41,372 bases of DNA from Actinomycetales bacterium (GTDB taxonomy: Bacteria; Actinomycetota; Actinomycetes; Actinomycetales; BWSM-131), in assembly GCA_030149025.1 (NCBI GenBank), contig JASBSH010000005.1, positions 1 through 41,372 of the forward strand, in the 5' to 3' direction. Below the pieces are notes generated by a model. That model was not told the DNA's origin. It saw only the letters and a program-made list of their open reading frames with translations, and ran no database searches. The first letter of the stretch is position 1, and the number at the start of each line of letters is the position of its first letter. Shown in pieces: positions 29,098 through 37,526 of this stretch. Both the position numbers and the translations under genes were made by a program.

Positions 29098-30387
29098 GTG
29101 AGTCCCCCCGCCCTGCCCGACGGCGACCCTGCACCGACCGACGGCGCGCTGCCGTCCTCCGTGCTCGAGGGTGCCGGCGACCGTCGGCTCGGGGTCTACG
29201 TCCACGTGCCGTTCTGCAGGGTGCGCTGCGGGTACTGCGACTTCAACACCTACACGGCGCTCGAGCTCGGTCCGCCGAGCCTGCCCGGGGCAAGCCAGGC
29301 GGGGTACGCGGACGCTGCCGCGCACGAGATCGCCCTTGCAGGACGCGTCCTGGACGAGGCAGGGCTACCCGAGCGGCCGGCGTCCACGGTCTTCTTCGGC
29401 GGCGGCACCCCCACGCTGCTACCGGCGGCCGATCTCGTCAGCCTGCTGGGCGCCGTCCGGGTGCATCTCGGTCTCGCCCCCGACGCGGAGGTGACGACCG
29501 AGGCCAACCCCGACTCGGTCACGCCTGAGTCGCTGGCCGAGCTGGCGGCGGGCGGGTTCACGCGAGTGTCGTTCGGTATGCAGTCCGCGGTGCCGCACGT
29601 CCTGGCGACGCTGGAGCGGACACACGATCCGGCCCGCGTCCCCCAGGTCGTCGCTTGGGCCCGTGATGCCGGGCTCGCCGTCAGTCTCGACCTCATCTAC
29701 GGCACGCCGGGGGAGTCCCTGGCCGACTGGCGCGCCAGCTTCGAGGCCGCGCTTGCGTGCGAGCCCGACCACGTCTCCGCCTACGCCCTCGTCGTCGAGG
29801 AGGGCACGAAGATGGACCGGCAGGTGCGGCGCGGGCAGATCCCGGCACTGGACCCGGACGACGAGGCCGCCAAGTACGAGCTGGCCGACGAGATGCTGGC
29901 TGCCGCCGGGTACCAGTGGTACGAGGTGAGCAACTGGGCCCGCACACCGGCCGACGCCTGCCGCCACAACATCGGCTACTGGCGCGGCGACGACTGGTGG
30001 GGCGTCGGGCCCGGTGCCCACAGCCACGTCGGTGGCGTCCGCTGGTGGAACGTCAAGCACCCGGCCGCGTACGCCGCACGGATCGCAGCCGGCTCCAGTC
30101 CCGCTCAGGGCCGCGAGGTGCTGGACGACGACTCCCGCGCTGTCGAGGACGTCCTGCTGCGCGTACGGCTCGCCGAGGGGCTGGCCGCCGAAAGGCTCGG
30201 TGAGGCGGGTCGGGCTGCGGTTCCCGCTCTCGTCGCCGCGGGCTGGGTGGACGCGGAAGCCGCCCCGCACCGCGTCGTGCTGACCCGGAGGGGGCGGCTG
30301 CTGGCCGATGCCGTCGTGCGCGTGCTGCTCGGCTGGGAGCAGGCGCCGGCCCCGGACGGTGTGGTTACTTCACCATCCGGATGGTGA
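29098..30387 (+). CDS. hemW: radical SAM heme chaperone HemW (HemN-like, oxygen-independent coproporphyrinogen oxidase family)
   Basis: YVHVPFCRVRCGYCDFNT radical-SAM CxxxCxxC, FFGGGTP, HemN_C-like C-terminus. Confidence 0.93.
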   Translation: MSPPALPDGDPAPTDGALPSSVLEGAGDRRLGVYVHVPFCRVRCGYCDFNTYTALELGPPSLPGASQAGYADAAAHEIALAGRVLDEAGLPERPASTVFFGGGTPTLLPAADLVSLLGAVRVHLGLAPDAEVTTEANPDSVTPESLAELAAGGFTRVSFGMQSAVPHVLATLERTHDPARVPQVVAWARDAGLAVSLDLIYGTPGESLADWRASFEAALACEPDHVSAYALVVEEGTKMDRQVRRGQIPALDPDDEAAKYELADEMLAAAGYQWYEVSNWARTPADACRHNIGYWRGDDWWGVGPGAHSHVGGVRWWNVKHPAAYAARIAAGSSPAQGREVLDDDSRAVEDVLLRVRLAEGLAAERLGEAGRAAVPALVAAGWVDAEAAPHRVVLTRRGRLLADAVVRVLLGWEQAPAPDGVVTSPSGW

Positions 30388-30865
30388 GCGGGTAGCGGTA
30401 GTTCTCGCCCTTGTTGGCCGCGAGCGCGGCGAGGATGCTGAAGACGATTATCAGGATCCAGATCGCGAACACGATCACGAAACCGATCACGATGGCGGTC
30501 AAGATCCAGCCGATCACGCTGCCGATCAGCATCGTGAGCTGGAAGTTGAGCGCCTCCTTGGACTGGCCGTTCACGTACGCGCCGCGGTCCTTCATGACGA
30601 GCCAGATGATCAGTGGGGCGAGGAACCCGAACAGGATGCCGCCGAGGTGCGTGAGCATCGCCCACATGCGCTGGTCGGGCGGGCTCATCTCGTTCGAGTA
30701 GCCCTGCTGGTAGCCGGGCGCCTGCTGGTAGGGCTGCTGCTGGTAGCCGGGCGCTTGCTGGTAGCCCGGCGCCTGCCCGTAGCCGGGCGGCTGCTGAGGG
30801 TCGGGCGCCTGGCCGTAGCCGGGCGGCTGCTGAGGGTCAGGGGACTGGGAAGGCTGGTCGGTCAT
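30365..30865 (-). CDS. DUF4870-family membrane protein, paralog 1, with Pro/Gln/Gly/Tyr-rich repeat N-terminus
   Basis: ATG 30865 (MTDQPSQS). Repeats QQPPGYGQAPDP x2 and QQAPGY. Core DQRMWAMLTHLGGI...PLIIWLVMKDRGAYVNGQSKEALNFQLT...YRYPLTIRMVK. Its 3' end overlaps the hemW 3' end by 23 nt (convergent). Confidence 0.85.
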   Translation of the reverse strand: MTDQPSQSPDPQQPPGYGQAPDPQQPPGYGQAPGYQQAPGYQQQPYQQAPGYQQGYSNEMSPPDQRMWAMLTHLGGILFGFLAPLIIWLVMKDRGAYVNGQSKEALNFQLTMLIGSVIGWILTAIVIGFVIVFAIWILIIVFSILAALAANKGENYRYPLTIRMVK

Positions 30866-30910
30866 CGCGGATGTCCTCTCGTACGCGGTCGGGCGAGGGT
30901 AGCCCCGGGA

Positions 30911-30965
30911 GAATGCTGCGAACCTGTCGCGACACGCCGGCGTGTCGTGCAGCTTTGCAGCATTC
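30911..30965. promoter_or_regulatory. nested palindromic structure between the two DUF4870 genes
   Basis: Outer 9-bp arms GAATGCTGC/GCAGCATTC (30911-30919/30957-30965) enclose an 18-nt perfect palindrome CGACACGCCGGCGTGTCG (30930-30947). Confidence 0.4.
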
Positions 30966-31026
30966 TTCGGCCGAGCAGCGACGGGCATTGAGCCTGCCCT
31001 CGCCCGGTCGGCCGTGACCCCATCAG

Positions 31027-31425
31027 TCAGCTCACCATGCGGATGGTGAGCGGATAGCGGAACTCCTCACCCCTGCTCGCGGCCACAGAGCCCATGATCA
31101 CGAGGACCAGGTACGCGATGCCCAGTGCAGCCAGCAGCACGAAGCCCACCACGATGAAGATGAGTACGGCCGAGACCACCAGGTAGATCAGCCAGCTGAG
31201 GTTGAAGTTGAGCGCCTCGACGGCGTGGCGACGGGCGAACGGCGAACGGTCACGGATCAGCAGCATGCAGACCAGCGGGCCAAGGAACCCGAGGGCCACG
31301 TAAGCGGCGGCGAACGATGACAGGTGGGCCGCAACGGCCCAGTTGCGTTCGGCGTCCGGGCTCATGCTCGGGTTGATCGACCCCATCGGGCCGGTCGTGC
31401 CGGTCGGGCCGGTCGGGTTGTTCAT
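31027..31425 (-). CDS. DUF4870-family membrane protein, paralog 2
   Basis: ERNWAVAAHLSSF...LIRDRSPFARRHAVEALNFNLS...FRYPLTIRMVS. Same architecture and C-terminal YPLTIRMV motif as paralog 1. Confidence 0.85.
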   Translation of the reverse strand: MNNPTGPTGTTGPMGSINPSMSPDAERNWAVAAHLSSFAAAYVALGFLGPLVCMLLIRDRSPFARRHAVEALNFNLSWLIYLVVSAVLIFIVVGFVLLAALGIAYLVLVIMGSVAASRGEEFRYPLTIRMVS

Positions 31426-31499
31426 GGGATTGCCCGTCCGTGGTTTCCGTGCTCGACAAGGTCCGCCGGTTGCTGCCGGTTGTCGGGGGCGGTGTTCAT
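31422..31499 (-). CDS. hypothetical 25-codon upstream ORF, ATGA-coupled to DUF4870 paralog 2
   Basis: GAGGAG (complement of 31505-31510), 5-nt spacer, ATG at 31499. Translation MNTAPDNRQQPADLVEHGNHGRAIP. Its TGA (31424-31422) overlaps the paralog-2 ATG (31425-31423). Too short for the ORF track. Confidence 0.3.
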   Translation of the reverse strand: MNTAPDNRQQPADLVEHGNHGRAIP

Positions 31500-31616
31500 C
31501 GGTTCTCCTCGTTCACCCCGGCGGTCGGTCGACCAGCCGTACCTCCACGGTAGGTACGCGGAGCGGGCGGGCCTACCCGGATCGATGGCTGCCTGACATC
31601 CGGGAGAGCCACCGCA

Positions 31617-32510
31617 TCAGCCCTCCGGCTCCGCCGTGACGAAGTCGATGAGCTCCTCCACCCGCCCGAGCAGCGCAGGCTCCAGGTCCGCGTAGGTACG
31701 CACCGTGCCGAGGATGCGCTTCCAGCCCAGTGCCACACCGGCCTGGGAGGCGTGCGGCCAACCCAGCTCCCGCAGGATGCCGTGCTTCCACGACTCGCCG
31801 CGCGGAATCGTCGGCCACCTCTCCCAGCCCAGCCGCTGCGGCCGCACCGCCTGCCAGACGTCCACGTACGGATGGCCGACGACGAGCACGTGGGAGGCGA
31901 AGCGGCTGCCCTGCAGTGCCTCCCTGGCGATCCGCGCCTCCTTGCTGCCGTCCACCAGGTGGTCGACGAGCACGCCCAGCCGCCTGCCGGGTCCCGGCTG
32001 GAACCTCGCGACCTCAGCGGCGAGGTCGTCGATGCCGTCCAGGGGCTCGACGACCACGCCCTCGATCCGCAGGTCGTCGCCCCACACCTTCTCCACGAGC
32101 TCGGCGTCGTGACGGCCCTCGACCCAGATGCGCGACCTCCTGGCCACCTGGGCCCGGGCGTCGTGCACGGCGACGGAGCCACTCGCCGTCCGGGTGGGTC
32201 TTGTCGGGGCGCCCGGGCCGCGCGGCGGTACGAGACGCACGGGTTCGCCGTCCAGCCAGAACCCCGGACCGAGCGGGAACGAGCGGACGCATCCACGCCG
32301 GTCCTCCAGCGCGACGACGTGCATGCCCCCGGTCTTCTCCACGCGGACGACCGCCCCGCACCAGCCGGTCTCCACGTCCTCGACGACCAGACCCGGTTCG
32401 GCGGGCACCTCACGGCGCGCGGGTCGCCGGGGTGGCCCGCCGGCGAGGACGTCGCTGCTGTACCGGTCAGTGCCGGCCTGTGGGTGTCTGCGAGAGGTCG
32501 GGGAGGTCAC
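31617..32510 (-). CDS. conserved actinobacterial protein, probably DUF3097 family
   Basis: 297 aa with actinobacterial codon bias. Position between hemW and hrcA matches where DUF3097 genes sit in other actinobacteria. Family assignment is from memory of the pattern (WVEGRHDAELVEKVWGDDLR..., VGHPYVDVWQAV). Confidence 0.75.
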   Translation of the reverse strand: MTSPTSRRHPQAGTDRYSSDVLAGGPPRRPARREVPAEPGLVVEDVETGWCGAVVRVEKTGGMHVVALEDRRGCVRSFPLGPGFWLDGEPVRLVPPRGPGAPTRPTRTASGSVAVHDARAQVARRSRIWVEGRHDAELVEKVWGDDLRIEGVVVEPLDGIDDLAAEVARFQPGPGRRLGVLVDHLVDGSKEARIAREALQGSRFASHVLVVGHPYVDVWQAVRPQRLGWERWPTIPRGESWKHGILRELGWPHASQAGVALGWKRILGTVRTYADLEPALLGRVEELIDFVTAEPEG

Positions 32511-32564
32511 CGGTCGACCCTAGATCGGTCGCCGTTCCCCATAACGGCGCGACACGGCCTAAAC

Positions 32565-32591
32565 TTGGCACTCGGCGGTTCAGAGTGCCAG
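32565..32591 (+). promoter_or_regulatory. CIRCE operator (HrcA binding site)
   Basis: TTGGCACTC-N9-GAGTGCCAG compared with consensus TTAGCACTC-N9-GAGTGCTAA. Lies 75 nt upstream of the hrcA GTG. Confidence 0.85.
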
Positions 32592-32665
32592 CCTCCGTCT
32601 AGGTGCTCCGTACGCTAGCGAGACAGCCGGACGACAAGGCGCAAGACCGCACGGGAGGTGGCGCA

Positions 32666-33685
32666 GTGAGCGACGCACGCAGGCTGGCCGTGCTGCGCGC
32701 CATCATTGAGGACTACGTGGCGATGCGCGAGCCGGTGGGCTCCAAGGCCCTGGTGGAGCGGCACAACCTCGAGGTGTCACCGGCAACGATCCGCAATGAC
32801 ATGGCTGCGCTCGAGGAGGAGGGGTTCATCACGCAGCCCCACACGAGCGCCGGCCGGATCCCTACCGACAAGGGCTACCGCGTCTTCGTGGACCGGATCG
32901 CGAACCTCAAGCCCCTCAGCCAGGCCGAGCGACGGGCGATCCAGACCCTGATCTCCGACCCGGTGGACCTGGACGACGTGCTCGATCGCACCGTGAGGGC
33001 GCTCGCCCAGCTCACCCACCAGGTCGCCGTCGTGCAGTACCCCTCCCTGAGCCGCTCGAGCGTCCGGCACATCGAGATCGTCCCCCTCGGTGGCAGCCGG
33101 CTGCTGGTCGTACTCATCACGAACAGCGGCCGCATCGAGCAGCGGACGGTGGAGACCGGCTTCTCGGTGCCGGAGGACGTGGTCGGCGAGCTGCGGGCCC
33201 GCCTGAACGAGGTTGCCGCCGGACGGCCGCTCGCCACCTTGGCGGACCGGCTCGACACCCTGCCGGACGACTTCCGTCCGGAGGACCGGGACCTGGTCCG
33301 CACCGTCCTGCGGGCGGTCGAGGACTCGGTCGCGGCGGGCCGGGAGGACAAAGTGGTCCTGGCCGGGACGGCGAACCTCGCCCGGTCTGCGATCGACTTC
33401 GCCTCGTTGTCGCCGGTCCTCGAGGCGATCGAGGAACAGGTCGTGCTCCTGCGGTTGCTGTCGGAGATGGCCGACGATCCGAGCAGCGGGGTCTCGGTGC
33501 GGATCGGCCACGAGCACGAGCATGAGAGCCTGACCGGTACGTCGGTCGTCTCCAGCGGTTACGCGGCAGGCGGAGAGGTGATGGCCCGGCTCGGGGTGCT
33601 GGGGCCGACGAGGATGGACTACCCGACCACGATGGCGGCGGTACGGGCGGTCGCGCGGTACGTGTCACGGATCATCTCGGCATGA
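32666..33685 (+). CDS. hrcA: heat-inducible transcription repressor HrcA
   Basis: [71 protein letters not shown] 32666 preceded by GGGAGG. Confidence 0.95.
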   Translation: MSDARRLAVLRAIIEDYVAMREPVGSKALVERHNLEVSPATIRNDMAALEEEGFITQPHTSAGRIPTDKGYRVFVDRIANLKPLSQAERRAIQTLISDPVDLDDVLDRTVRALAQLTHQVAVVQYPSLSRSSVRHIEIVPLGGSRLLVVLITNSGRIEQRTVETGFSVPEDVVGELRARLNEVAAGRPLATLADRLDTLPDDFRPEDRDLVRTVLRAVEDSVAAGREDKVVLAGTANLARSAIDFASLSPVLEAIEEQVVLLRLLSEMADDPSSGVSVRIGHEHEHESLTGTSVVSSGYAAGGEVMARLGVLGPTRMDYPTTMAAVRAVARYVSRIISA

Positions 33686-33812
33686 CCTGGCGACCGGACC
33701 GCCGGTACGCGCCGTGCAGCCGCCAGGCCGGCCTGCACACTGAACGTGCACAGATTCTGCAAACCAAGGCTCCGATTCAGGTCGGATCCGCAACGAGGAG
33801 CGACCACCACCG

Positions 33813-34937
<1,125 letters not shown>

Positions 34938-34973
34938 CGCTGCACCCGCTCCCCGCGGACCCACTCAGGACGT

Positions 34974-35021
34974 TGATCATGACATCCCGGTTCAACTGCG
35001 TGAACCGGGATGTCATGATCA
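34974..35021 (+). terminator. perfect 21-bp-stem hairpin 37 nt after the dnaJ stop (terminator candidate, built from two repeat units)
   Basis: TGATCATGACATCCCGGTTCA (34974-34994), loop ACTGCG, TGAACCGGGATGTCATGATCA (35001-35021). Confidence 0.5.
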
Positions 35022-35209
35022 CGCGAGGTGCTGACCGGGAGCCGCTAGAGCGGATGGCTCGGGCATGGGTGCAGCCATGGATGCAGCAAAAGCGCGCTCC
35101 GACGACAACTTTCCTGCATCCACGGCTGCATCGACGGCCAGTCCCTGCACCCCGGCCTGCAGAACTGCATGATCACGCACGAGGGGCGTGAACCGGGATG
35201 TCATGATCA
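34974..35209. repeat. MITE-like composite repeat element bounded by perfect 21-bp inverted repeats
   Basis: 34974-34994 is the exact reverse complement of 35189-35209. The 28-nt direct repeat GCGTGAACCGGGATGTCATGATCACGCG occurs at 34998-35025 and 35186-35213. A variant unit lies at 35162-35186. A central 17-bp hairpin (1 mismatch) lies at 35070-35086/35114-35130. No coding capacity that looks real. Confidence 0.5.
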
Positions 35210-35238
35210 CGCGCGAGGGTTGCGGGTTGGGGGTGGGG

Positions 35239-36348
35239 CTACTTGACGGTGAAGTCCTTGGTGTCCGGGAACATCCGCGGACCTTCAGTGCTCTCGCCGT
35301 TCGACATGTCCGGCTGGTAGACCTCGACGGTGTACTCGCCCGGTTCCAGCGTGGCGCTGAACGCGAACTCGCCGTAGGTGCCCATACTGCCGCCCATGGT
35401 GTTGCCCTGGGCGACGACGTCTCCGCCGCGCCCCCGGACCTCCCAGGCGAACGTTGCCTCGAACGCCGTGCCGTACCCGGTGAACTTCACCGTGCCGGCC
35501 TTGAGCGTCTCGCCCTCTTGCGGGGAGGTCACCCAGGTCGGTGCCTGGACGTCGACAAGGTCGGCCCGGGCGGTCGGCTCACCGACGCGCACGGCTCCCC
35601 AGACGTCGCTCGGCTTGCCGTCGACCGTGACCGTGACGGTGTCGGCGGGAGTGCCGGCCTCGGACGCCGCCGCGGTCGCTGTGTAGACGAGCTGCTGGAT
35701 GGCGAGCCCGGCCACCTCGCTGCCGACGTTCGCGCCGGAGAAGGCGTCGGCCGACAGGTCCACGGCCAGCGACTTGCCGCTCTGCGTCACCTTCACGCTG
35801 GACGCCGGCTTCCACGGGCTGGAGTAGTCGGGGTCGAGCGGCTTCAGCTCTGTCATGGCCCGGATGGCCGACTCGACGTACCCGCCGTTCTCCGGCACCG
35901 TCCGGAATTCCCGGTACAGCCAGAACCGGGTCTTGGACTGGCCGAGGTAGTACACCGGCACCCCGGTCAGCTCGGCGGCAGGTGCTGCGCTCGTCGGCGC
36001 CGTCTTCGTTGCGCCGGGGGACGGCGCAGTGGTGGCCGCGGCCGGTGGCTCGGTCGAGGCCGGCGCCGACGCGGCCGGCTGACCCGCGGGGGGACCGGCC
36101 TGCTGGCCGGAGTTGTCACCGGTCAGCACGACGCCGGCCACCACCCCGGCGACGGCCGCGACCGCGATCCCGGCCAGCCACGGGGCGAGGCGGCGGCCAC
36201 GGTGCTCGTGCTCTACGCGCCGGGTGATCTCGTCGAGTCCCTTGCGTGGCTGAATCATTTCGGCCTCCTCGGCCAGGGCCCGGCGAAGCAGCCGGGCGGT
36301 CGGGTCGTCGTCAGGATCGAAGGGGAAGGGTCGCTGATCGGCGTTCAT
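35239..36348 (-). CDS. membrane-anchored GerMN plus Gmad2 (Ig-like) domain protein, putative anti-sigma factor
   Basis: ATG 36348 overlaps the sigma gene stop (ATGA). Short cytoplasmic N-terminus, one TM (LAPWLAGIAVAAVAGVVAGVVL), Pro/Ala/Thr linker. GerMN-like block VPVYYLGQSKTRFWLYREF...AVDLSADAF. Gmad2-like block VKFTGYGTAFEATFAWEVR...GEYTVEVYQPDMSNGE. Confidence 0.85.
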   Translation of the reverse strand: MNADQRPFPFDPDDDPTARLLRRALAEEAEMIQPRKGLDEITRRVEHEHRGRRLAPWLAGIAVAAVAGVVAGVVLTGDNSGQQAGPPAGQPAASAPASTEPPAAATTAPSPGATKTAPTSAAPAAELTGVPVYYLGQSKTRFWLYREFRTVPENGGYVESAIRAMTELKPLDPDYSSPWKPASSVKVTQSGKSLAVDLSADAFSGANVGSEVAGLAIQQLVYTATAAASEAGTPADTVTVTVDGKPSDVWGAVRVGEPTARADLVDVQAPTWVTSPQEGETLKAGTVKFTGYGTAFEATFAWEVRGRGGDVVAQGNTMGGSMGTYGEFAFSATLEPGEYTVEVYQPDMSNGESTEGPRMFPDTKDFTVK

Positions 36349-36980
36349 GACCTGCTTCCCCCTTCTTGCTCGGTGCTGAGGGCTGTGCGTAGAGCCGAAA
36401 GGCCCCTGTGTGCGTGGCTTTTCACAGCTCCGCGCGTGATGCCGAGCAGGTCGGCGATATCCGCCTCGCTGGCGTCCGCGTAGTACCGCAGCACCAGCAC
36501 CTCGCGCTGGCGCTGAGGCAGCCGGTCCAGTGCCGCCATGACCTGCCGGGTCTCGCTGCTGGTGACCGCGCGTTCCTCGGGCCCGGCGGGCTCGGGCTCG
36601 GCAGGCTGGCGATGCCGCAGCTCGACCTGGCGGTGCCGCTGGACTGAACGGCAGCCGTTGACCACGCTGGCGCGCAGGTAGCCGGCCGCGGCGTGCGGGT
36701 CCTGCAGCCGGTTCCACCGTCCGTGGAGCGCGACGAAGGCGTCCTGCACGACCTCCTCGGCGGTCCCGCTCTCACCGAGGAGCAGGGCGGCCAGCCGCAC
36801 CATGGGCACCCAGTGCGTGCCGTACAGCACCCGGACCGCCTGGTCGGCGTCCCACCGCGACGGTTCGGCGACGGCGGAGTCGCCGACCGGATCGGGCACC
36901 GGTCGCACCCCCGCCTCCCTTCCCGCATCGGTTGCCGGAACCACCGGCAGGATCATCGTGCTCACACCCCGTACACGCAC
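36345..36980 (-). CDS. ECF-type sigma-70 family RNA polymerase sigma factor
   Basis: Region 2 EEVVQDAFVALHGRWNRL...GYLRASVVNGCRS. Region 4 LPQRQREVLVLRYYADASEADIADLLGITRGAVKSHAHRGLSAL. Start ambiguous (GTG 36980 or ATG 36956). Confidence 0.9.
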   Translation of the reverse strand: MRVRGVSTMILPVVPATDAGREAGVRPVPDPVGDSAVAEPSRWDADQAVRVLYGTHWVPMVRLAALLLGESGTAEEVVQDAFVALHGRWNRLQDPHAAAGYLRASVVNGCRSVQRHRQVELRHRQPAEPEPAGPEERAVTSSETRQVMAALDRLPQRQREVLVLRYYADASEADIADLLGITRGAVKSHAHRGLSALRTALSTEQEGGSRS

Positions 36981-37100
36981 AGAGGGCGTGGGAGGTTGAC
37001 GTACGCTCGCGGCGATCTGCGCCGACTCTCGCTAGGGTGCCGCAATGGCCTCCGATGACCAGCGCGACACGCGCGACCGCCCACCGACGAGATCGAAGCG

Positions 37101-37457
37101 ATGAGCAACCGGATCACCGATCCCGACTGCCTGTTCTGCAAGATCGTCGCGGGGCAGCTGCCCGCGAACGTCGTGGCGGACGAGGAGAAGGTACTCGCCT
37201 TCCGTGACATCGACCCGAAGGCGCCGCTGCACGTCCTCGTCGTCCCCAAGGACCACCACGCCGACGTCACGACGCTGGCGCACGCGGACGGCGCCACGCT
37301 GGCCGAGCTGGTCAAGCTCGGTTCCCGCATCGCAGCCGACGAGGCCGGCGGGGAGTTCCGCCTGGTGTTCAACACCGGGCCGTCCAGCGGTCAGAGCGTC
37401 TTCCACGTGCACGGCCACGTGCTGGGTGGTCGTGACATGGGCTGGCCGCCCGGCTGA
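37101..37457 (+). CDS. HIT-family (histidine triad) nucleotide-binding protein
   Basis: CLFCKIVAG N-terminus and histidine triad HVHGHVLGG. Confidence 0.93.
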   Translation: MSNRITDPDCLFCKIVAGQLPANVVADEEKVLAFRDIDPKAPLHVLVVPKDHHADVTTLAHADGATLAELVKLGSRIAADEAGGEFRLVFNTGPSSGQSVFHVHGHVLGGRDMGWPPG

Positions 37458-37526
37458 TCGGTAGCATGGTGGGGACCTATCGATCACGTACCGCCTCGTC
37501 CCAAGGAGCAGGGCCCTCGCCCGACC

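Noticed and set aside
34973-35210. Two small ORFs (72 aa on +, 63 aa on -) that both begin MIMTSRF
   Set aside because: The shared N-terminus is simply the repeat unit (T/G)TGATCATGACATCCCGGTTC read in frame on each strand. The rest of each translation is unrelated and unprotein-like. They are by-products of the inverted repeats.
36981-37100. Promoters in the sigma / HIT divergent spacer (TTGACG at 36996-37001, TAGGGT at 37033-38; ECF-like GTCAAC...CGTGT on the minus strand)
   Set aside because: The spacing between the sigma-A-like boxes is 31 nt, which is far too long. The ECF-like match is too degenerate to report without a genome-wide motif.
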